DNA of 64,000 nucleotides from the human T2T-CHM13v2.0 reference genome, Homo sapiens. A program made the position numbers and the translations under genes. The DNA lies in the NCBI RefSeq assembly GCF_009914755.1, contig NC_060925.1; one strand, given 5' to 3'. How positions within the stretch are numbered: position 1 is the first letter of the stretch; each line of letters opens with the position of its first letter. The notes beneath the pieces were generated by a model. It was given only the letters and a program-made list of their open reading frames with translations, did not search any database and had not been told where the DNA came from. Shown piece by piece: positions 27,621 to 39,198 of the stretch.

Positions 27621-30503
27621 CTGGGGCCAATGAGGGTTTTGTTTTGGAAATAGTCTCTTGTAAGTTTCAGCTGCACATTTGCATGGACTTGTGGGCCAGG
27701 AGGGAAGTGTGGTATAGTGAGCATGTGCACGGCCCCTTGAAGGTGAGTTGAGTGAGTTGGGAGCACAGAGAAGGGAGGGTGGTGGGAAGTTGTGAGGCTG
27801 GGAGCCTGTGGGAGGGTGGGAGGCTGCCAGGTTAATGAGTCCAGTGATTGATTCTGCTGCTTCAATACACTTGCCCTTCGTATGCTGCCTGACGGCAAGT
27901 AGCCATTAGGTGTGCCCGGGCTATTCCTCCTTTCCCACTCGGGGTCAACCAAGGCAAAGCAAAGCTAACCTCAATATTGATAGAAACCCACTTTAGCATG
28001 ATGAGGCTGACTGATAATTATTTAGAGGACTGGACATTGACTTCTTGCACAATGTTGAATCTATTAAAGAACACAAGACTGTGTGTATCTTTCTATTGTT
28101 TTCCTGTTTTAGTGGGAATTTTTATCATGTGACCATTTAATACTCTCTAGAAGTCCTGTATGTTTAAAAAGACAAAAACAATACTATATTTTAGTGAAAA
28201 TGATTATTATTATTAAGGTATAATTATTTGCAGTATATAAATAAGTGAATTGTATTCAGTAAACACCTCTTTTCGGCCAGGTATTACCAAAAACAGAGGG
28301 AGATTCAGCCCTTGTTTACCTTGTAGGAAATAGGATGAAACAGCAGTTGATTTTTGCCAAACAACTGCTTATTTTGAACACCATCAAAGGAATTGGTTAA
28401 TAATTGTTTGAAATTATTGTGTGAGACTAAGTGGATATTGGTATATTTTTTTCTAAGCTGGCTTATATGTATAGACATGACCCGAGGCATCAGACAAACA
28501 AAAATACATACACACAAGCATGTTATTGCTATTTAGTATTGGGGATGTGCATATGTCATGGTGTTGTTTGTTTTCTGTCAGGGAGAGGATCAGATTCTTA
28601 ACTCTTCCAGGGAACTTGACAAAAGCCCTGGATTAAACCCAGAAAGTTGTTTGTCCTAGAAAAGACTTCCAGCCTCTTTGGGGACAAGCACCCTGTTATA
28701 ACCCCTGGCATCCTGTGACATTCATTCTGTACACAAATGATGCTTATGGACAGAGGGGGTCACTGACCCCTTGAAATCACTCTGTAAACTCAGCATGTCT
28801 GGACCCCAAAGCTGGCAGCCACTGCTGCACGATAGTGAAAGTTCTAACATCCACTTTTAACTCCAATTCACTCTAGAGCCTTCATAACTTCAGAGATATA
28901 TTAATCCCACACAGTGATGTATGTGAAAGTCAGTTCTCTTTGGTTAAGAACTGTTCATGATCCACTCAGGTAAGTATTGAAATAGGGTTGAATTTCCTTA
29001 AAACTTACTCACTGACAACCTGGGGCAGATGACCAGGAGAGTTCTAGGTGGGGCAGGGAAACAGGTGTGGAATCAAATATTTGCTAAAATATTTATATTC
29101 TAGCTTTTAAAAATTGATTATTTTACCCACCTATGTGATTGAGATTCATCTATATTTTTCCCTCTGCTCCTGATAAATATCCAGATTTATCTTAAAATGA
29201 AGAAATTTCTAGGAGGCAGAAGTAAAGAGAAACAAGGAGAATTCCAACTAGATGTTGTATAATTTTTGTATCTACTAAAGAGAGAACAGCAGATGCAATT
29301 TTGAAAGCCAAATTATTGGAAGAGGGGGTGAGAAGACAAATCAAGACTCAGTTGACATTGATGATTACCCTGATGTACAGTTTCCAGTTCATTTCTTTTT
29401 CCGAGGACATCGTGGCAGTAAGTGCCATTGCTCTTAAGGGGTTTGCCAGTATTTCTGTGAGAAATCTCCATCTTTTCTGCTGGAGGTTTGCTATAACTTG
29501 GCAATTTGTAAGCACGTTGGGCTGAAGTGTGGCATACACATTGTCAGTCCAGATGCAATTTTCTGTTGCAATTACCAAAAATGAAATCAAAGAAGCTGCT
29601 TGGGATTTTAGTTTACAGGGATGTTGGTGAAAGAGGAATATTTGTATCTCTTGCAAATTTTTACTCCTTGATTTTGTTCATCTTTATCTCAGACCAACCT
29701 CATGTTAGAAAAGCTCAAGTTGAAACACACTTCAAAAAATCAAAGTAGGTTTCATTTTAGAACGCATTTTTGTTATGACACAAATGGGGTTTAAGTATGG
29801 TTTTTACTGGTAAAAGTTGAGAGCAGAATGTACGCTCTCATCCTAGGTATAAGGTCTTTGGATTTTCCCCAAGTGCTGCGGAACTCTCCTCATTCCTGTG
29901 GTTTTCCCCATGATTCTTCAGGTTCTCTGAGTGCCCTGCATTTTGATCTGCATTGGTTAATTGGTGAACAGAGACACTGTCCGTGGAAGCCATTCTGTAC
30001 CAGGCCCCACATAATGTTACCCACGCTCATCCTACCAACATGCAGACCCAGCAACCACTCTTGACTAAAGAGGCAAGTTTCTTTAACAATTGGCTACACA
30101 GATATTTCAAGTGAATCGACTAAATCAACTGATTCCTAGGATTTTGTAGACTTGAAGACACATTATTTCAGTCATGCTGAATGAATATTTATGAAATGAA
30201 ATAGGAAGGAAGGGATCACTTGAGCCATCACTGGCTTGATAAAGACTCTTGGATTTCATGACAGAACATTTTTCATTGACTTCCACGGGGTAGACTGTGT
30301 CACAGAAATGGAGTTGCTTTTTAAAGATAAAGCTCTAACTTTTTCATATACTCAGTTTTTCTCAAACCAAGGATGAAAATCCCCAGGAAAAAGGATAGCA
30401 GTTGACTTCTGCGGGAGCCTGGCACATAGGTGTACAGTAAATATTGACTGGAGAGAAAAAGGAGCCCCAAGAAATGGACTGTGAAATTAGGAGGAGCTCT
30501 AAA

Positions 30504-30697
30504 TCATTGTGCAACTTGGAGATGTATCACCACCCCTTTGGCTGTAAGACAGTGCTGAATACTTTTTCTTAGGGAATCCCAGGCAACAGGGAATTCCTCA
30601 GAATCCTTTCTCATCTTGATATTGGAATCCAAGGGGTACTTTAGTAAGATCGAACAACTTCAAGGGAAGAAAGAAAAGGAGGGCATCAAAATACCTT
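30504..30697 (+). repeat. Inverted repeat, left arm (194 bp)
   Basis: Ungapped 179/194 match to the reverse complement of 31364-31557 by manual alignment. Confidence 0.95.
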
Positions 30698-31363
30698 GGC
30701 TTCTCCCAAGGCAAGAGCTGTCCTTTCTCAGCTGTGTGGTCTGACTAGGTCCCAATATTGAAATGCTTATGAGAAAGGATAATGGTCCCGCTTGAATCCC
30801 TGGAAACTGCTAGTGGTCTGGCCTCAAGGGGATTCTTCCATCAGAGATTTATCCCATCCTGCATTGATTCACTATTCTATACTTTCTCCATTCCATTCTT
30901 CAAAAAAAAAAAAAAAAAGAGAAGAAGAAGGGGAAAAAAACAGAAGAATGAAGAGCTATAGAGAGAGACGGAAAAATTAGCAACTCTTGCACATATTCAT
31001 GGGCTTCCATTTTCTTCCTGATCTCATAGATGTCTCCTCCAATCACCTTGTTCTCTGACATGCTGAGCTGAAAGGCATTTGAGGAGTAGCAGAAAGAGAA
31101 AAACTTTGTCATTGCTGACAAGACACACTGCAGCATCTGGGGTGCTCCTCGGAGACCTGTGGCCAGGCTAACCTGGCCTCATATTGCTGAGCTTGCAAAA
31201 CCTGGAGGATGAGGTCACATTTGGCTATGACTATAAATAGACATCAGTGACAACTAAAACCAAGAGGGATCTTTAGCCTCTGATTCACAGGCTGACATCT
31301 CTGAACAAAGGAGTGGGTCATGCATCATTATCTAGAATTCTCAAGAGGAGCAAAACACTCTGG

Positions 31364-31557
31364 AAGGTATTTGGGTACCCTCTTTTTCTTGCTTCCCTTG
31401 AAGTCCTTTGATCTTATTAAAGTAGCCCTTGGATTCCAATATCAAGATGAGAAGAGATTCTGAGGAATTCCCTATTGCCTGGGATTCCCTAAGAAAAAGT
31501 ATTCAGCACTGCCTTACAGCCAAAGGGATGGTGATACATCTCCAAGTTGCACAATGA
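31364..31557 (-). repeat. Inverted repeat, right arm (194 bp)
   Basis: Partner of 30504-30697; spacer is 666 bp. Confidence 0.95.
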
Positions 31558-32652
31558 CTTTATACAACTTTATATAATACATTATCTATTCACAGTGAGA
31601 CCTAACATGGTAACCTACCACCCCTACTGTCCCTCAGAGTTACTTATACTGCACATCATTCATTATCTTCCAAGAGCCCACCCTTACCTAACCACTTAGG
31701 AGGGCTGAACGAGAGTGAAATCACTTCCCTCACTTCCAGCACAGCCTGTAAGAACCAGGGTCCAACCATCTGCAGTACCTGTTCATAGACAACTCAGCAG
31801 AGGTATTTGTCTTCCAAATCACAAAGAGAATTCACACGGGGAGCCAAGGTTCTTCCATTTTACGGAGTGGCAGGATCGGCTGCCTGGGAGTCATCCTTCC
31901 ATTTTCCCAGAAGCACAAGCTGCTGCTGCTCTCTGAGACTCTGAACTCTCCTTCACCTGAACAGCAGTGTCAACCTGCATTGGTGAGAAAACCGGAGCCC
32001 AAGCCCCGATTTCTAACATTAATAACAGTAGCCAAGCAAAGGCTGTTCAATCAGAAAATGCAAGTTAAAACTCTTTAAAAAAATGCCATCTGGACTAGGA
32101 AAACATGTCATCTTTCAGACTACGCACGGCATCAGTGTTTTTCTTTTCACAAATTTAGCACTCTTCCTCCTCCCCCCTGCTGCCTCCCTCTGCCTCCCCC
32201 TTCACCCTCTCTGCAGCTCTGTCATTTGAGAAGCCCTGTCTTCACTTTTCTTCGTATTTAATTTTTCATATCATTCGCAGGACAGATCACATATTTGTTG
32301 TGATTTATTCAATACCCATCGCTCCTCTGACTTGGGAGAAGGCTATCACCTTCCCCTCCTGTTCTGGGAGAATCTGCTAAGTCCACAGTTTGTGATTTTT
32401 TTCATCATCCATGTGCTTAAACAGTCGGGGGAGACTGTCTCGAGATTCTGCAGGTCCCCAAAGCTGCCTCCCACCCATCCCATCCATGATCTGCCCACTC
32501 AGCATTAATTCTAAGGAGGAGGCAGAGTGAGCCTGGACTGAAGACCCTGTGATGTGACTTCATTGAAAACGGGAAACTCATTTATTTCTTTTTGTTTATT
32601 CCTTAAGAATGAAGGTAATTGTATTTGCTAAAATGTGTATAGCTGTGTTTAA

Positions 32653-32781
32653 CCCATTTATGCCAGAATTTACAATTTTTGTGTGTGAAAACTCAGACCT
32701 TAGCGATGACCTTGAGCAGTAGGATATAAATAATTCCTATAAGCTTAGAGTTCCAATAATGGAACACTAGGCATAAATGAG
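32653..32781 (-). mobile_element. MER85 piggyBac MITE (PGBD3-related)
   Basis: TTAA TSDs at 32649-32652 and 32782-32785; TIRs CCCATTTATGCC / GGCATAAATGAG; palindrome GTTCCAATAATGGAAC at 32750-32765. Confidence 0.93.
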
Positions 32782-33827
32782 TTAAGGTTTGCCCTAACAT
32801 GCTGGGGACACTTAAGTAGTAGAAAATTAAACTTCTCTGCCATTGCATTTAATCATAATGGCTCACTTAGTAGTAGGTAGTGGCTCCATCTCCAAAATGA
32901 CAGAGTATTCATATTCAGAGAGGCAGACAGACAGAAACAGAGACAGAGAGAAAAAAGGAATATACGCAAACACCCAAACTACTGATGTAGGTCAGTTGTC
33001 TCTTAAGATTTATTTTAGTAAGAGATCTCAAGAGACCAAAAGGGGGAAAAAATCCATGATCTGGATGTAAGCAAATATTTATGAGACTCAGTCATGTGCA
33101 GAGTCCTGCTGGGGAAACCAAAAAGAATAAGCCTCAATCCAGATGATGCCCATCACAAGCTAGCACAGCAAACAAGGGACCAAGACACACCATTTTTTGT
33201 TACACATATTACCTTCCACCTTGCTCATTGTTAGTCAGGCACGTGTTTTAATTCTCTCAATGGAAGGCAAATTGTATAATGGCAAAATCCATAACCCTAA
33301 CCACAATGACAGGCACCAACAGGAAGAGGATTCCCAATGAATTACATAGATGGATGGTCACCTAGACCAGAAATCTCACCAGGAAGGCCAGGTAACTCTC
33401 TGTGATCCTACGGAGGAGAGGCCATGGGAAGAGCATTCAGAAATTCCATCCACTATTGTTCCTGTCCTTTCAGGGCACCGCCATCTCCATTGGCATCTCT
33501 CAAATGACTGCCATGCCACCACAGTCCCTTCATGCCTACGCACATATAATAGGATTGTTTGGCCAAGGCTGTACCATGATATGCAAACTCCAGGCTTCTG
33601 TGTACCCCTAACACTTTGTTTGCAATCCATTTTAAGCCTTTGACTTGTGACTATTCCCCAGTTTGGCTTCTCTGTGGCTTGTATTCTTCAGCCATGTTCC
33701 TTTCTGCAAAGTCATTAGAAGCAGAATCTCAGTATCTTGAGGTTTCCTTTTGTCTTCATGCTTAGAGTCCTCCACATCATTTTTTGAGAACCCTTGTCAA
33801 TCCACATGAAGTGTAGAAAAATCAACC

Positions 33828-34005
33828 CCGCTACTGACTATATGGTCTTGGGCAAGTTGCCCAACCAGCCAATGCCTCTGCTTTTCCTTTCTCTAAAATG
33901 GAGGTAATACTTGCCTCTTTCCTACCTACACCATAGAATTTTGTGACACTGAAATGAGATGAAATTATTTGAATGTGTAGGAAAACGGTAGAGTGTTTTA
34001 CAAAG
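33828..34005 (+). mobile_element. MIR
   Basis: GGTCTTGGGCAAGTTGCCCAACC...TTTCTCTAAAATGGAGGTAATA. Confidence 0.75.
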
Positions 34006-34009
34006 GCAA

Positions 34010-34245
34010 GGCGTGACTCATATCCTGAGTTGCCCAGGGATTTATTTTGTGACATTGAGAGTCTCCTTTGACATTTGTGGGTCTTTGTTTTGCCCACCTA
34101 TCAAGGCAGAAATTTGCTTTGAGATCTTGAGCAAAAGACATTGTCGTACTACAAATTACCATGATCTAATTAGGCCTCCCTCCATAAATCTGTCATTTGA
34201 AAGCCATTCAGGCCTGCTCAGCCCAGCCTTTGATTTAAACTGCTC
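34010..34245. promoter_or_regulatory. Candidate developmental enhancer (motif cluster)
   Basis: TGACTCA 34014-34020, TAATTA 34167-34172, CCATAAA 34182-34188, CTGTCA 34190-34195 and CCTTTGAT 34227-34234 in non-repeat DNA. Motif evidence only. Confidence 0.4.
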
Positions 34246-35574
34246 CAGGAGTCTAGCTGAAGATATGTCCAGGACAGAATCCAACACAATATTCTGGTCT
34301 CCTCCCACTGCTCCCTTGAGGATGGGCTGTTCACCAATTTTGGCCACAATAACAGTTATGTAGAAGAGAGATGCATTATAGTTTGGGCATAGATCTTAAC
34401 CAGTGCCCATGCAACCTCGTGACAACATTATTTAGCATTCACATTGGATGTGCGCTCTTATTGGGAAAAGAATATTGCTAAAGATTAGCATTGCTGGGCC
34501 CTTGAAGCAAAAAGAGTCAGATAGGAAAGATGCGTATTTTCTCCTTTGAACTGACAGATGTATCCAGCATCCCCTAAGTATGATGAATACTTTGCAATGA
34601 CGTATAAGACAAAACTAAGGCTTTTAAAAAAATGCTGGTGCTGGCCAAATCAAATAATAACCATTCCTGGTTGTTCTGGTTGAAGAAGATAAAAAAGAGG
34701 CTTGGAAAATCCAAAGCAGTGGGTAATTTAAAACTCATTTATATGGGGCTTCAGAATGTGTGTTTATATCCGTCTTTGACGATGCATGTCTCTGAGGTTC
34801 TGGGAGTCTGTACTTAACAATGTAGCAGGATCACCATGTCTTCCCTCAGGAAAATCCGGGAAGCAGGAAAACCTCCCCACCTTTCCTCTGCTCATCCCCT
34901 TCTCCACCACTGCCCTGTCTGCTGTCTCACTTTTGCCCCACCATCCTAAAACACACACCTGACACTTTCACCTGAATATCTTTTTGCCTTCATTCCAGGT
35001 TGTTTGAGTATCAAAGAAATGTTCTGTGTGCAAAGCAAACACAAAGAGGTGGAATATCAACAAAGCATTATTAAATAGCTAATGGACTTATATTCTCTGG
35101 AGGAACAGATTCTGGACTAGGAGAACCTGACTCTGCACACACAAAATCTACCAAAATATGCCTCCCATAACTTTCTTTTACAAGTCAGAGCAGGGTAAGG
35201 TATAGAATAATCGTGTGACAGATGATAGTATATGATTGACGATGGGGTGAGGTAGGACTTGTGAAAATCCCAGGAAACGATTGGGTAATTTTATCAGGGA
35301 TTGAGGAAGGAATCAGCACTTTGTACAGCTGTGAATGGGAAAGGGGGAAAAGGATGATATCAGAACCCCTGGAAATCCCTAGGGACCTCAGTGGAGTTTG
35401 CCCCCTACCCTGGGTGGAGGTTTTGCTAGGCAGCCTTTGGTTCTAATCAGCTCACACCAACGTGAAGATTCCAGTATTTGTCTAGCGCTGAGGGATGAGG
35501 TGATTAGGGAGGAGGAGGGCAGAGAGAAATGAAAATAGAAGGATCAGAGGAAAGAACGAGGAAAGAAGGGGGAG

Positions 35575-35660
35575 AGGAATTAACCAATAAAGGGCCATTT
35601 CAGCTTCCCCTTTCACGCGGGTTCAGATTAATGGGGGAGGCGCGCGCCCACACACATCAA
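35575..35660. promoter_or_regulatory. Promoter-like patch (CCAAT box plus GC-rich motif)
   Basis: CCAAT 35584-35588, CACGCGGG and GGGGGAGGCGCGCGCCC 35633-35649, giving a local CpG cluster in a CpG-poor window. Confidence 0.3.
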
Positions 35661-37699
35661 GGAGAGCACAGAACCAAGCTTTTCAAGCAAAGCCTCACAG
35701 GAAGGAAAGTCTGAGGAAACCTGAGCAGGGGCTTGAAACCGTACTAAGGAAAGGGGTCAAATTAATGTTTTCAAAATAAAAAAAGGCTGAGAAGAGAACA
35801 GTGAACAGGGTGGCCCAGGAGGTCAAACAGCACATTCAAGTGTTTTATTGTTGCTATCAAAAAGATGCTGGGAAAGGAAGAGGAAGAAGGAAAAACGCTT
35901 TCAAGTTTTAAGTTCCTTTTTTCTTTCCTCAAAAAGAGGCATTTGAGAGACCGAGCTGAGGATTATTTTCGTCTATTTTGGGAGACGATGCTGGTGTCAT
36001 TGGACTCCAACCAGCCAGGGAGTGAAGAGGGAGGCAGCCGAGTGTGAGCCTGAATTTCTGAGGCTGAAGGTGGTGGCGAAGTGAGCATGGGAGCCTGGTA
36101 CAACTGGGGCAGGCATGTGTGCAGAGGGGAGCAGCGGCCCTGATACCCCCAGGCGAACTGACCAAGATGCAGGCAGAGCTGTCGGGTTTTGGCTGTTTCC
36201 TCCAGCTCTCTCCAATCTCAAGAGGAAAAAAAAAAAAAAAAAAAAAAAAAACAAACAAAAAAAACCTTTCCCGAAGAACACTCCGGACTCAATGCCAACC
36301 TGAGACAGCTGCTGATGTGGAACAACAACATCAAGGACTTACTGTCCCTTCCTGCCCCTCCTCCTCCACCACCACCACAGAAAGGACTGTGAAAAGACCA
36401 AGAGTTGGTGGGCGGCCAACAAGAACTAAAGAACTTGCAGCTGGTAAAACCACCTGTGCCTTGTCAAATTCCAGCCAAAACAATCCCTTCCCCAGAGTCT
36501 CCCGTGAAGGCGAAAGGGAGAAAATCTGATAATAAGATGGGAATCAGGGGAGTGGAAAGTGAGTGTGGCAGCATCCGGCCATGCACCGAGCCAGTTGGGA
36601 AAGAGAATATTGGGAAACTATGCCAGTTTGGAGCAATATGGAGGTCAAAAATCCAGCCCTGTGTTCCTGAGAGAGAAAGGGAGCAACAACTGTATGCAAC
36701 CAAGGCAGACAGTCCAAGCGCAGAATTCAGCTTTCCTGATGGGCAGCGCTTTGCAGCACCAGGGCTGATGTCTGGATCATAGTAGCATGAGTTCAAATGC
36801 TCGGTGCCCATGGGAACATTCCAGAAAGGAGCCCCTTGCCCTTCCAACTGCAAAACCCAAAGCCGTGCAGTGGTTAAACAGTCCCTGGTTGCATTGCTTA
36901 TCTGTAATTTATAGTCTACCTGGCCAGTGTCTGTTCAGAAGGCTAAGGTCCCATGGCCAGACCTCATAAAATACGCATGAACAACCATGATCAAGAAGAT
37001 ATTAAAGGATCACACAGAAACCACACATCTTTGAATGCAATGCATGCTTAGATGCAGTCTCTAATGTGATTTCCTCCTCTTTCAACCCCATTTCTTTTCT
37101 TTCATCTCCTCACCAGAAATGAAGCTACCATAAGTTTAGTTACTATTCTTCTAGCTACAGTGTTTAAAAGTAATCACCCATTCATCTGAAGTGCTAATAA
37201 TGCTGGGCCTAAAATTAGAAAGTTCTCCTTGTCCTTTGAAGATTGGCTGAATCGCTAATATTATCATTGGCCAGGTAATGTTGGCATGAACGAGAGTTGA
37301 ATTTTTGCTGACATCCCTAGCTGAATTCCACAATCACAGTTGATAACTATTAAAGATTAGTAAGTCATTCCCTGTGTTAAAACTTCATTTTCAAAGTATT
37401 TATTTATTCAACTGATGACTGCCATGCCCTGTCGCTTTTTATTTAAAGCATCCAAGAAAGTGCTGTGATCAGAGGATGGCGAGAATGAATGAACCTCGTG
37501 GTCAGTATCCACTATAAACATCAAAAGCAATAACCTGTCATTTATCATGGGAAAGAGTGGTGCAATTGGTCATCACAGAAAAAGAGGGTTTTTTTTCCCT
37601 AGGATTAAAATATTCAGTTTTAATTACAAAGGTGAATCTTTATTCCAACAGATTCTAATAAAATACATGTTTACTAAAAGTACCCCTCCTCAATAGAAC

Positions 37700-37979
<280 letters not shown>

Positions 37980-37984
37980 TACAG

Positions 37985-38585
37985 TACTTTTATGGTATTC
38001 CTGCCCAAAATGGATAACTTACATCTAACGATGAAGAAACACCAAACAAACCTAAACTGGGGAATATTCTAGAAAATGACTGGCTGGTACTCTTCAAAAA
38101 ATGTCAAAATCAAGAAAGATACAGAAAGGCCGAGGAACTGTTCCAGATTAAATGAGTCTAAAGAGCCATGACAACTAAATAAAATGCGTGATCTGGGATC
38201 ATATCCTGAACCAAGGGGAAAAAAGATATAAAGGAATTCCTGAGAAACTTGGTGAAATTTGAATATGGATTCTGTGATAGCATAATATTAATGTTTAATT
38301 TCCTGATTTTGGTATTTCATTGTGGTTATGTAAGAGAATGTCTTTGTTCTTAGAAAATAAACAACGGAGATATTAAGAGGTAAAGGGACACAAAATCACC
38401 AACTTACCCTCAAATGGTTCAGAAAGAAAGAATAATATGCATGCATCTCCGAACTTACGTATAGACAGAAAGAATGACAAAGTAAATGGGGCAAAATGGA
38501 AACAGTTAATCTGGGAACACTGGTATATAGGAGGTCCTTGTACTATTCTTACAACTTTTTAAGTTTGAAAGGATATTTAAGAAAA
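37985..38585 (+). mobile_element. L1MC/L1ME 3' region
   Basis: GAGGAACTGTTCCAGATTAAA...ATGACAACTAAAT...GGTCCTTGTACTATTCTTACAACTTTT. Confidence 0.8.
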
Positions 38586-39198
38586 AAACCTCCTTCAATT
38601 CTCTGTCTCAGAGACAGCTATTTACATATTTGCAGTTCAATGCATATCCTCTGTGGTAGGTGCTTCTAAGCCGGTTCCAAATGCCTCCAACCTTCTGGTA
38701 TTCACGCCACTGAGTGATCCCCTCCCCTTGTGTGTGGCATGAAGCTGGTAACTTGTTTCTAACAAATAGAATACAGCAGGTAATTGAATAATGCCCTTTT
38801 CTTCAACATCATTGTATTATAATGTTAATGAGGAAAAAAAAATCAATTCCTGGCCATCGCCACTGTCTGTGTGGAGTTTGCTGTGCCTGTTAGGTGCACT
38901 GATGTGTCTATATAGTCTTAGTGTGAGTGAGTGTGTGTGAGAGTGTGCCCTGCGATGGCATGGTGGCCTGTCCAAGGCTAGATCCCCCCTTGATCCTTGA
39001 GCTGCCCAGACAGTCTCTGGTCACCCCCGATCCTGAAGTGGAATAAGCAGGTTGGAAAATGAATGAACGAATACAAATTATTGTAAAATAAAATTCATAG
39101 TCTCAGATAATCATACAAATGCACGACCATAAATGATGTGGCATGAAAGTGCTCTGCCCACCTTCCCCTATTTGTAATTTTGTAATTGCTGAGGTTTT

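Noticed and set aside
24447-27952. ORFs of 115-160 aa (24447+, 25389+, 26378-, 26760-, 27515-)
   Set aside because: No recognisable domains; they run through MIR, MER45A or (TG)n, several use non-ATG starts, and such lengths are expected by chance in 64 kb.
28967-28975. Perfect splice donor CAG|GTAAGT (also TGG|GTAAGT near 2868)
   Set aside because: Isolated consensus donors are common, and I found no convincing paired acceptor or reading frame.
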